Source: Macrostomum lignano (lineage: Eukaryota). From it: DNA of 64,000 nucleotides. Location of the stretch: assembly GCA_002269645.1 (NCBI GenBank), contig NIVC01000033.1, positions 981,335 to 1,045,334 of the forward strand. Direction: 5' to 3'. Shown here in pieces: positions 34,301-46,185 of the stretch (position 1 is the first letter of the stretch; each line of letters starts with the position of its first letter). The translations under genes and the position numbers were made by a program. The notes under the pieces were generated by a model. That model saw nothing but the letters and a program-made list of their open reading frames with translations, had not been told where the DNA came from and did no database searches.

Positions 34301-37249
34301 ATTCTAAAGGTTACTAAACTTGCAATGCCCTACTTTAAAACCTGCCATATCAATCTGCCTACCCTTTAAGAATAATAAGTTTGGGGTATCTACCAAAAAG
34401 CAGTACTCACCGAGATAACAGTCTACTCAAGTTGTAACTTATCTGATAAAACCTGATTTGCTTACTTAATCCATTAGAGAAACCTCACAAATCTGCATAG
34501 AGATGTTTCCTACTAATCAATGATTCCATAAAAATACATTAAAGTTGCAAACGATACTACTTACAGTAAAACATTAAAGAAATGACGATATAGCCTATAA
34601 AACAAATATTGTATAATCGTGAAAAGCCTAACTCACGTGAATAACTTTTTCCAGTTTTTGATCCCGCTCTCCTGATGTCATAGCATCAGCAATGTAAAAA
34701 TGAACACTTCAATTGAGCTGAGTCACAGAAGCTTTACCTTAAAGAATCAAATCTTGGCCATTGATCAAATATTATCATAGGAAATTATTGGTCAAGGAGA
34801 TAAAGTTTAATAGGTCTAATCAACTTAAGTTATTAATTCTAGAGGGATAAAATAAGAAATAGCCTACACAGTTTTATATAGCATTTTGGCCATTTTGATT
34901 AATTTTCAGGCCTTAATGACTTAATATAACAAGCCCATGTGATAACTGTCAGTCAATGCCAAAAATGTTTGAATAAATCCATCACAAAAAAAAATTCCCA
35001 AGTATACTTTGAATTAAAAGGTATTGAATTGTAATATATCATAGAAAAAGTAGGAATATACATAAGGCTAGTTTAGTGTTCAGTATATTTAGTGGCACAC
35101 TTCATATTATAACAAATATAAGTTCTTTGGGTTCACATAAGATAATTAGTCATATTTCAAATTACAATTATAGCCAAGCTAAAAAGGTAACCAAACAAAT
35201 TTTTGCCAAATATACCTTACCCCTTGTAGCTTAGATTTATATAAAACTTATATGCTAGAAAACATTCTTCCTTAGCCTTGACATCTTAGCAATCCCTCCA
35301 TAACTATTGATATCTTAGCCATTCCCCTAAAAACCTTGACATTTCAAAAACTTCCCTTGTAATCATTGACATATTAACAATCCCCTATAAGCTTTGGTAC
35401 CTTAGTAATTCTCTTTAAAAGTCACAGAATTGTGGCAATTTGCAATTTTGCCAAGCATTAATATCTTAGCAATTCTTAATGAATCTTTTATATTTGATAT
35501 AATGGTTTTTTTATGCTAGACACAATGCTCATTTTATTTCCAACATAACATTTTATATGCTTGGTATGATATAATATACTACTTTGTTATTTAACATACC
35601 ACTTTTTAATTTCAACATAATAAAAGCCTTTAATAAAGAAATCTTACATTAGTAAGATTTGAACCACAGTTGTTACATTATCAATTCAGTCTATTCACAT
35701 TTAGTCTAGGCCTAGCTCTTATCAATTTGATAACATAAATTGTAGCACTAATATTTTAATATTTATACTAAGTTATTTAGAATAAGTCACATGAAGCAAT
35801 CATAACATAATCAATTAATCAGATACTCAGTATTAGTCTCTATCTAAGTTTAGAAGAACACAATTTAGCCAGTAAATAAAAAGAAATAAAAAGCCTAGTA
35901 TACTGTGATCTTTACTTTGTTAGAATTAGAATTTAGCCTAATAATTTTTTCCAACATTTGTTATAATGAATTTCAAGCTGAAAAAGTCTATTAAACCTTG
36001 CGAAAAGCATAATTTTCAATGATTTAATCATTTGAACATTGAGCAATTTCTTAGCTATGACATATATACTAAATACTATTATATGAAGAGTACAAGTTTC
36101 ACAAAAATCAGTCAAGCCATTTTTATTAAAAATTAATATACGAACATATAGACAAACCATTCTTAGTAAATTTAGGATCTTAGAAACATAGTAAAGGTAG
36201 ATAGATTGATCCCATTATTAACCTTAGTTTAGGCTAAGTACATTATATCATTCTATCAAATATTAAATAGGCCTAGTTGTAAAGTATTAATAATAGGTCT
36301 AAGCTAATTGTAAATTCAATAGATTAAATCTAAAAGTTTACAAAGATCATTTTGTATTATAAGATCTTTATTATTCTTGCTAGCAGATTTGGGCTAGCAA
36401 ATTTTGGCTAGCAAACTAGGCAATAATTTCAGTTTATTAGATATGAACTAGGCAAAGCAATTTTTAAACTTAAACTTCTATAAAAAAACAAATAATATAC
36501 TAGGCTAGTAATCTAATTAGAGCCTACATACATGTGCAACTTTAGGAATCACCTTGCTATTTCTATTGGCAGCATATACATGTAAGTTGCTATTGGCTGA
36601 GAGCAGTCATGTGACTACTATTCCGTCTAATAGCAACTTACATGTGTATGTTGCCAATAGAAATGGCCAAGTGAATCCCAAGGTTGCTCCCAAGCATGAA
36701 GGCCTATAAGCCATAAGATATAGTCATATAAGTAAAAACATAAAATAAAACATGAAATGATTTACTGCTATAAGGTCTTAGCTAGGCCTAAGTCTAAGTA
36801 GTAAGAACTAATATCAATATGTTAAATTTGCATTGTCTATTTTATATTACCCAAACTATTGTATCAATGTAGTGTCTAGGTCTAGGACTAGGTCTAATAA
36901 AAGTATATTATTAGTAACAATTATTATTTTATCTTCAGCTTCTTTAACTTTGAACACCAACTATAACACACAGTTGGTATACAGTATCTATAACTAGATA
37001 GGCCTACATGTATATCCAAAGTACAATTTACTATAGCTATATGTATTGTAAATTTATAGATATTTTCCATCAATTACGATACAGTTTACATAGTAAAAAC
37101 TCTAAAGTAAAGTAATTAGAGCAATTAAGCACAAATTTATTTGTTCTGCATGATAAGTCCTGCAAAGTTTCTTGCTAAATTGGACAAGAAAAATTGTCTC
37201 TAGCAAATTACAACTTCGTAAATTGCTGCTTGCCAGTTTTGGTTAGATT

Positions 37250-37505
37250 ATCGCTAGCAGATTTTGGCTAACAAAATTCCTGTTAGCAGATTTTGGCTAG
37301 CAAAATCCTCACTAGCAAAATTCCTGCTAGCAAACTTCAGTTAGTAGATTTTGGCTAGCAAACTTTGTCTAGCAGATTTCGGCAAGCAAATTTTAGATAG
37401 CAGATTTTGGCTAGTAGATTTTGGCTAGCAAACTTCGGCTAGCAGATTTCGGCTAGCAAATTTCTCGCTAGCAAACTTCGGCTAGCAGATTTCCTGCTAG
37501 CAAAT
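37250..37505. repeat. Degenerate TAGCAGATTTTGGCTAGCAAA repeat
   Basis: Direct reading. Confidence 0.8.
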
Positions 37506-38869
37506 TTCATAGACCCATTTCAATCCCCATAATTATACCATAGAATCTAATAATAAATCTAGTAACTTAATATTAGTACAAAAGAAGAAATAATTAATAG
37601 TAATTCAAAAGGCGCTGCATTAAATTAAGCCATCACTAAAAAATCACTAAAAACAATCACTCAAATTACCCTAAATATATGCAATTAAATTTAGGCCTGA
37701 TTTAATTTATTAATGAAAATATTTTGTAGTGGGCCCCTAGCTCGAATTAATAATAATTAATAATAATAATAGCAGTACAAAAAATATCATTTCGCGTCCT
37801 GCTTCTTGTTCTCTGTTACACAGTAGCACCGACATGAGACTGAGAGGGTCAGGTCGGAAACCACCACAGAGAGGAGAGTCAAAAGTCAAAAAGGGTGAAA
37901 TAATAGAAGTTGAATTCGGTAGTACATATAAGTCAGCGCGAAACGTTTAGCGACGGAATCTTAGCAAAGCGCTATGCAAAACTTCTTCTAAGTTTTTAAA
38001 TAAAGCTTTTAGTACAAATACGGCCTTTGTTTTTTTTTATTGCGTGAAAAAACTAAATAAGCTTAAAAATTGTTTTATTTCCATTGTCGCGTCATGTCAA
38101 ATATCTAGGAAACAAAAATTTTAAAGTCACATTTTAGTCGCATTTAATATTAATTACTAGTTATTGTATTTTTGCCGAATCTAAACCTAGTTTCTTATCT
38201 CTAATGGATTACTACAACAGTGTCCTTTGCATTTTTTTCTAATTCAGTTTCTTTTACCAAGGACTTGGATGAATTTTTGACACCCCACTGGACCAGTTGT
38301 AGTGGGTTTATTATAATTGTCATCCATTTTGTTAATTGATTGGTTGATAATAAACATTATAAGTATCCAGCTATAGATTAGTTGTTTAGTTGTTTTGGTA
38401 ATAAGAAATTTCAGTAATAGGCCTTAGTCATTTCAGTGATAAGCAAAAGTAACTTTGGTGACAAGCCTAGACCCTTGCCTTTGATATCATTTCAATTAGA
38501 ATTAGAGATATATTAATTAAGTAAAAAAGCTTGAAAGTCTCTAGCTTTTATTTTGAGGTCTGCCAAAATATTCAAGTTAAGTTTTAGTTAACTTTGATGA
38601 TTTTTTAGAACAAAAGTGTTGCGATCTTTGATATTGTACATAGGTTTACAATCTTCCTTTGAATATTTCTTGTGCACTTTTCTCAGTATGTATTTTATAA
38701 TTAGAAACCTTGTGCTTTCACTTTAGGTTAAATCTGTTTAAAAATACAGCAATGAGTCAGTTTAATTTTTTGTTCAATAAGTTTTTTAGTGTTAACAAAA
38801 TAGCTAAAAATGGATTATAAATGAAATGCATAGGCCTATCATTAAAATGACCACTAACCAAATATTCCC

Positions 38870-40072
38870 TGGCATTCTTTCGTTATAGAAGACCCAAAAA
38901 TGCATGACTTTCGTAATGGGAGACCCATGGAAAAGGGGAAGAAATCAATCGAAAAACAAGCATTCACTAACAAAATGAAAGTGTAGCAAAAGTTAATTCT
39001 ACACAAAGTTGATGCTTTAATCGACAGTGCTTAATTTCACACAAAGTTGTTATACTGTAATCGCAAGCGTTTATTCTACCAATCTCATACGCAGCCTGTC
39101 AAACTATAATACACTAGTGCCATGAGGTCTCTATATATATACACTTTTGTTTTAGAAGACCGCAAAATAGGAATATTGCTTGTGGGTCTTGTGAAACGAA
39201 AGTAAGAAAGAAGCATTGAGCTATCATACGCCAGTGTTACTCAAGAGACACATTATCCCACTTAATATTAAAGAGGCATTGATTGCATGTCATGGGTGCA
39301 ATACTCAGTGGGTAGACCATGCAAAGTTGCTGGAAGAATGACTTGATAAGATCACCACAAAAGTGAAAGCGGAACATTGTCTCCACAGTACGAGTACAAA
39401 AGATTCAGAAATGCATAAAAGCAGCATACGCACGCACCCCCCCCTCACCTTCGAAAAAGAAGACCCAACTCATTTCACCTAAGTATTTACAACATGGAGG
39501 TCTTGCATTACGAAAGTAAGAGACCTTTATGTTAAACTTACTTCTGTGGAATTTCCAACAGGTAACCGACAATGAACATCGTGATGTCCATTGGGTGCAG
39601 TTTCTGTTTCTATTGTTTTTGTTGAATTTCTAGACCACAATAGATTGCTTTTCTTCCATATCTCTACTTTCGTTTCGGAAGACCTTTAATGGATGCTTAA
39701 CATTGTTGGTCTTTTAAAACAAAACTGTATATATCAGACATTCATAGAAAATGTACCCAAGGCTGACACAGGAAAACAAATCATCTAAACCCTGTTTCTG
39801 CAGCTTTTGTTGCTGCCACCCCTACTACCTTTGTTTTGGAAGACCTTCAATGAAATAGTAGCTTGACGGTTTTCTAAAACAAAACTATAATATAAACTGT
39901 AATAAAGGACACACAAAGCCATTAAGAATAAACAAACAAAATAATAGACAACAATTCCTATGTTCCTATTCAATTCCTATGAGCAGCTTCCTATGTTTTA
40001 GGCGGGTCTTTTTTTTCAAAACTGCCAGCTTCCTATTTGATACATAGAGGGTCTTCTAAAACGAAAGAATGC
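38870..40072. mobile_element. Non-autonomous TIR DNA transposon (about 1.2 kb)
   Basis: 24-bp inverted repeats at 38872-38895 and 40049-40072 (23/24 identical); ATATTCCC direct repeat at 38862-38869 and 40073-40080; no ORF. Confidence 0.65.
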
Positions 40073-40387
40073 ATATTCCCTTTTGTCTAAGGCAAAATGT
40101 GTTTCTCATATACATGAGCAACTTATTCGGTATTTGAAAGAGATTTGGTCATTTTATATGATTATTTATGGCTAATTTCTTATTAATCACTTTTCATTCT
40201 TTATAACAAAAGTGAATATGATAATTTAGATTAACAACCTATAGTTAACTCTTGGAATATCATTTTAATAAATTAGACTTTTTATAGTGTTTAATTTTGA
40301 TGGTTTTTTATATTTAAATGTTTTTCAGGTTTCTAATAAAGCTAATTGACTTGAGTTATTTCTTTTCTATTAAATCTAATATTAATA

Positions 40388-40590
40388 GGTTGTAGCCTAG
40401 TGATTAGAGTATTGGACTTGAAACATAGAGGTTGGGATATTTGTTTCTTGATCCTACTAAAATAATTTATGTCCTTAAGTAAGACATTTAACTATTCATT
40501 ACTTCAGTTCCGCAGATATAAAATGGGTGCTAGCAATAGCTAGGGTAATTAAGGGTATATATGATGACTCTCTAGTCCATGGACTGAACA
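40388..40590 (+). mobile_element. Decayed tRNA-head CORE-type SINE
   Basis: Degenerate A/B boxes followed by TGTCCTTAAGTAAGACATTTAAC...ATAAAATGGG, resembling the CORE/MIR consensus. Confidence 0.55.
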
Positions 40591-41571
40591 GCTATATGCT
40601 ATTTTTAGTTAGAGCTCTGCCTTTCTTGCCCAGTCTATCTTGCTCTCCTTGGTCCATCTGCTATCTCCTCTGATTGTCTCTGCCCTTGTGTCTTGGCTCC
40701 CATCCTGACAGTGGATTGGAGTCTTGGGGTTGATGTTTGTCCCGAATTGGGGATACTGGCTGAGTCTGGGTCCTTTTGCTCTGTGCCCCTTCTCAACCCC
40801 TTGGCCTGGCCTCCAATATTGAGCTGAATAGGTGATGCCCTTGGGCTTGCAGCCCTATAGGTTTTCTGGTGGCCTGATAGGAGTCTTGCCCTTGGAAACA
40901 AGCCTTCCAGACTCACTCCAAAATTAAGCCATTTCTGAGACTTTGGGGTCTCCCTGCTCTTGGACTGCTTTTAGTAGTATTTCAAGATTTTTCTGATTCT
41001 TTTTTTGTGCACTCCTGGGATTTATCTGCTGTTAGGCAGTGTCTTAGTCCATAGGTTTGGGTTGGCAGATTCCCCTGGTCCAGATGTCAAGGTCCAATCT
41101 CAGGGTATCTCAGGCTATATGCCCTTGGTAGTGCCGCTCAGCGGCAGAGCCCCTCTCAGGGCTGATCTGCAGGTAGCTCCCGGCTTCCCACTCCCATTTA
41201 ACAACAACAAGCAGCCTTTAGTTGCACTGTACAATAGCTGCAGCTAAGCTGTTTGTTGCACATCTGGTCCAAGTGAGACAGGTGTTTCAAATATTATTAT
41301 TATTATCTCCTATTGTATAAAAATTTAGTTTTTAGATCGGCCTTTAGGATTTTTAGCCTTATAGATCATAGATTCCTAAAATAGTTTCTTAGCTGCTACA
41401 ATGTGTTCATAAACAGCTGCTATATGCATGTGAATAAGTGCAGAGACAACTAGATAGTATTTTTTTAACTAGAGTTTCAGCAGCATAGATTCAATTTAGC
41501 AGTCCTTGGCTAGATATAATAGCACAGTGACTACTTTCTTCCCCACACTGATTTGCATGCCCCACCAAGCC

Positions 41572-44500
41572 ATGCTCGAAGCGTCCCGCCCAGCCGCCCG
41601 TTTCGCCGGCGCATCCGAGTACGACCGCAGCTACAAGTGGAACGAGTCCAACAAGAGCGCCAGCTTCTTCCCGAGTGGCGAGCAGCTCCGGCCCACCGCG
41701 GGCATCGAGTCGCTGCGTCGCTACAACGTCATGGAGCCGCCGCTGCAGCGCAGGAAACGCGTCGAACACGTCCAGGACAGCGTGAAGCTGGGCGTGCCGG
41801 AGACCCCCACCGAGGACAGCTTCCTTTTGGCCGGGCAGAAGTCAGACAAGTTCGCGCCATCGCAGGCGCACCCCAACTACGCCAAGGAGGCGCACAAAAA
41901 GCGCAGCCTCAGCCTGGCAGCTCAGCGCGAGCAGGTCTGTTTCTTCTGTGTTAAACAAGTCTGACTCTCGTGTCTCCACACGTCTGACTCTCGTGTCTCC
42001 ACACGTCTGACTCTCGTGTCTCCACACGTCTGACTCTCGTGTCTCCACACGTCTGACTCTCGTGTCTCCACACGTCTGACTCTCGTGTCTCCACACATCT
42101 GACTCTCGTGTCTCCACACGTCTGACTCTCGTGTCTCCACACGTCTGACTCTCGTGTCTCCGCACGTCTGACTCTCGTGTCTCCACACATCTGACTCTCG
42201 TGTCTCCACACGTCTGACTCTCGTGTCTCCACACATCTGACTCTCGTGTCTCCACACGTCTGACTCTCGTGTCTCCACACGTCTGACTCTCGTGTCTCCA
42301 CACGTCTGACTCCCGTGTCTCAACACGTCTGACTCTCGTGTCCCCATATGTCTGACTCTCGTGTTTCCACACGTCTGACTCCCGTGTCTCGACACGTCTG
42401 ACTCCCGTGTCTCTACACGTCTGACTCCCGTGTCTCTACACGTCTGACTCCCGTGTCTCTACACGTCTGACTCTCGTGTCTCTACGCGTCTGACTCTCGT
42501 GTCTCCACGATCCATAGTTCGATTCAGTACGCTTAAACATTCATTTGAGGCTTTTGTTCACGAAACATTGGCCCGGGGTTGCCATGTGTTTCACATCCAC
42601 GATGGCCTGACAATTAGAAAGTCAAGGCCGCTGTACACCCTGTGTGAGCGTATGTATGAGTGTCGTGCCTGCGTACGGTATTGGTTCGCTTGCATATGCT
42701 TCGGAGTTGGCGGAATGGGGTCGAATTGCCGTCAGCGTTGGTTGTGAGATGATGTCACCGAAGGCCACGTGTCTGTCTGTTGCTCTCGCAGGAGAGGCTC
42801 GAGCAGGAGCAGCGCCAGCGCGACCGCAAGCTGCGCCTGCAACAGAAAGGCGGCACAGAGGCCGCGCAGAAACCCGCCGTGAACGGCGGCGGCGGCGGCG
42901 GCGACTTCTTCACTGACGACGACGAGCCGCCAGTGGCGACGCCGGAGACGCCGCGCGAAGTGAAGCGGCAGCTGACCATGCCGGACCGGCAGCGGAAGCA
43001 GAGGGAGAAGCAGCGGCAGCAGCAGCAGCCCCCAAAGCGCCATCACCGCCGGCGCCGTCACCGCAGTCAGGAGGCCGCCGCGCCAGCCGAAGCGTCCGTC
43101 TCAACCAAGGAGCTGGAGGCTCAGCTGGCCAAAGCCCGCCGGGAGTCCCGACGCCTGGAAGCTGAGGCCCTGATGAGGCGCGGCGAAGGCGGCGGTGGGG
43201 CAGCTGAGCCGCCGGCCGCTGTCGAGCCGCCGTACCAGCGGCCGAAGACGCCGCCGTTCTACAGGGACCTGCAAGCGGATCCGTACGCCGTGCGCGACCC
43301 CGACTACGCCAAAAAGCGGCAGCTGGGCCTCGCCGATGCCAAACGGCCCCAGGGCAACAAGCCGACTAAGGCGAGCGAGTACCAGGTGAGGGGTGGGGTA
43401 TGTCTCACAGGTGAGGTGTGGGGGATGTCTCACAGGTGAGGGGTGGGGTATGTCTCACAGGTGAGGGTGGGGTATGTCTCACAGGTGAGGGTGGGGTATG
43501 TCTCACAGGTGAGGGTGGGGTATGTCTCACAGGTGAGGTGTGGGGGTGTCTCAGGTGAGGGGTGGGGGTGTCTCACAGGTACAGGTGAGGGGTGGGGTAT
43601 GTCTCACAGGTGAGGGGTGGGGTATGTCTCACAGGTGAGGTGTGGGGGATGTCTCACAGGTGAGGGTGGGGGTATGTCTCACAGGTGAGGGTGGGGGTAT
43701 GTCTCAGGTGAGGTGTGGGGTTGTCTCACAGGTGAGGTGTGGGGGTGTCTCACAGGTGAGGTGTGGGGGTGTCTCACAGGTGAGGGGTGGGGGTGTCTCA
43801 CAGGTGAGGTGTGGGGGTGTCTCACAGGTGAGGGGTGGGGGTGTCTCACAGGTGAGGTGTGGGGGTGTCTCACAGGTGAGGGGTGGGGGATGTCTCACAG
43901 GTGAGGGTGGGGTATGTCTCACAGGTGAGGTGTGGGGGATGTCTCACAGGTGAGGGGTGGGGTATGTCTCACAGGTGAGGTGTGGGGTATGTCTCACAGG
44001 TGAGGTGTGGGGGATGTCTCACAGGTGAGGGGTGGGGTATGTCTCACAGGTGAGGGTGGGGTATGTCTCACAGGTGAGGTGTGGGGGTGTCTCACAGGTG
44101 AGGTGTGGGGGGTGTCTCACAGGTGAGGTGTGGGGGCGTCTCACAGGTGAGGGGTGGGAGGGGTATGTCTCAACTACTTTGGCTTCTTTTTGTCCCGACT
44201 CGACTCTTCCCCTACCACTAAACTTGACGGAGCGGTCAGGCTGGCTTCTGACACTCGAGACCTCAAATTTTCCGAGTTTGATTGGGCGATCGCAATAATC
44301 TTGAGCTCAATTACTCGAGTTCAGCCAGCTGCTCGGCCGCAAAGCTCAAACTACTCAATCCCCAACCGCCCTCCAGTTGAGCTACGCCGCCGCCGCAGCC
44401 GCTGCCGCCGAAGCCTCCGAGCATCAGCGCCGTCGCGAGCGGCAGCGGGCGGCGCTGGCGGAGAACCGGGAGGCGGCTCACCGCTCCCACCTGGACGTTG

Positions 44501-46185
44501 TGAACTCGGCAGCTGCTGCTGGGGCGAAGAAAGCAGCAGCCGCAGTCAGCACGCAGACGGGCGGCCCGGGTTCGAAGCCGGTGGCAGTTCCTGTGACTAC
44601 TGAGTACAGGCGGCAGTTCCGGTACAAGCAGCCGGATGTCCGGTCCCCAGCCGTTGGCCTCGTGCCGTCAAGGAAATCGATGACAACCCAGCAGCAGCAA
44701 ACCGTGGCCGGTCCGCAGCCGCCCAAGGTGAAGGTGGCCGGCCGGGAGTTCAAGCCCGCCGAGACGCTGAACCCGCAGCGGATGTCCTTCCCGCTGGGCA
44801 GCTACGGGCCTCTCGAAAGCGAGTACCACCGCGCCTTCGGCGAGGCCGCCGCCAACGGAGGCGAAACCGACTGGCAGCGCCGCCTGCGGGAGGCGCGCGA
44901 GCTGCGACAGCGGGCCGCTCAGTACCGGCTGCGCGCCTACGGGACCCATTTCTCAAGGCAGCACCTGGCTCAGGTGAGGCTCTCGGTGTTTGCAGATCTT
45001 CAGGACCGGTCAGCCTTAGTTACCTTGGTATTAGTATCATCGTGACTTTATCACTGTGACCTCACTGTGACCTCCCCACTGCAACCCCATCACCGCAATC
45101 CAGGTTTACGCTCCGAACTTGGACGCCTGGCAGCCGCTGGACTCCGCCCGTTCCGCCGACGACAACAACGAGCGGCCTCGCACGGCCCCGGCGCAGCACC
45201 CGCAGGCCGCCTGGGCCAGCGACCCGGAGGACCTCGCCGCCGCATCGCCCGATGACGGCGACGACGTCGAGCTCGACGCCGATGGCAACGGCGACGACTA
45301 CGGCGAGAATTACCAACGGCGCCGGGACCAGCGGCAGAAGCCGCGGCGTAGGCGCCGAGCTCGCAGCACCACCGGCGCGGGCGCCGCTGCCGATGCCGTC
45401 GTCCGGCGCCGCCTGCCGGAGAGCGAGACGGTCGGGCGCTACGGCACGCCGCGTGTCCGGGACCGCGCCCGCCAGGGCTTCGTCAGGCACCACTACGACA
45501 GAACTACGCCGAACTTCGGCGGCGTGCTGGTCGGACGGCCCGACGCCCCAGTCGGCAACGACGGACAGCCGGAGATCGACGACGACGAAGCCGCCGTTCA
45601 GGTTGCGGCTGCCGATAGCGATGGCGAGCAGATGCTGGACGATGCCGAGGGTGAGGAATTTCTCTGGGACGATTCCATTATGGACTTGTCAGTAGTGCAG
45701 ACCGCATCCGCACCCGCAATCCGCCCGCAGATCTCGGCCGGCCACTCGGCGGCCGCAAGCCGGTCGGCCGGATGATCCGCGAGTCGCGCCAGCTGCTGCG
45801 CGCCGCCGGCCGCCGCCAGCCCGGCCGCCAGCGGTCTCCCGCCGAGTTGCCGCCGGCCGGCCTGCCGACGCGCGACGTGGCGCCGCTGGTGGACGAGACG
45901 GCCAGCCACGACACCCAGCTGACGCTGTCTCCGAGGGCGCCGCAGCAGCAGAAGGCAGTCATTCAGCGCCGCCGCGACGAGCCCCGCGTGAACGGCTCGG
46001 AGCTGTCGGCAGCCACGCCGCCGCCGCCGCAGCAGCAGCAGCCGGCGCCGCTGGACGACACGCAGTTCAGCGACGGCTTCTTCAGCGACACGGCCTCGCT
46101 GGTGAGCAGCTCCACCATCAGCCTGGGCTCGCAGACCCTGGAGCGGGCCAGGCAGCGGCAGGAAAGCTTCTGGGGCCGGAAATGA
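41572..46185 (+). CDS. MDM1: MDM1-like centriolar microtubule-binding protein, 5 exons, about 850 aa
   Basis: Exons 41572-41934, 42792-43385, 44377-44973, 45104-45650, 45731-46185. Motifs RFAGASEYDRSYKW, EPPLQRRKRV, TEYRRQF, SEYHRAF, AAQYRLRAYGTHFSRQHL, RHHYDRTTP..GGVLV and C-terminal QTLERARQRQESFWG correspond to recalled MDM1 motifs. The ATG is preceded by an acceptor-like caccaag|CC, so the 5' UTR is probably spliced or trans-spliced. AATAAA near 46520. Confidence 0.88.
41958..42508. repeat. 23-bp minisatellite (CACGTCTGACTCTCGTGTCTCCA), MDM1 intron 1
   Basis: Direct reading. Confidence 0.95.
43383..44171. repeat. About 25-bp minisatellite (CAGGTGAGGGGTGGGGTATGTCTCA), MDM1 intron 2
   Basis: Direct reading; the first unit is the exon-intron junction itself. 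Confidence 0.95.

Noticed and set aside
40635-41247. Short ORFs upstream of MDM1
   Set aside because: No recognisable motifs; the sequence looks like CpG-depleted decayed repeat DNA.
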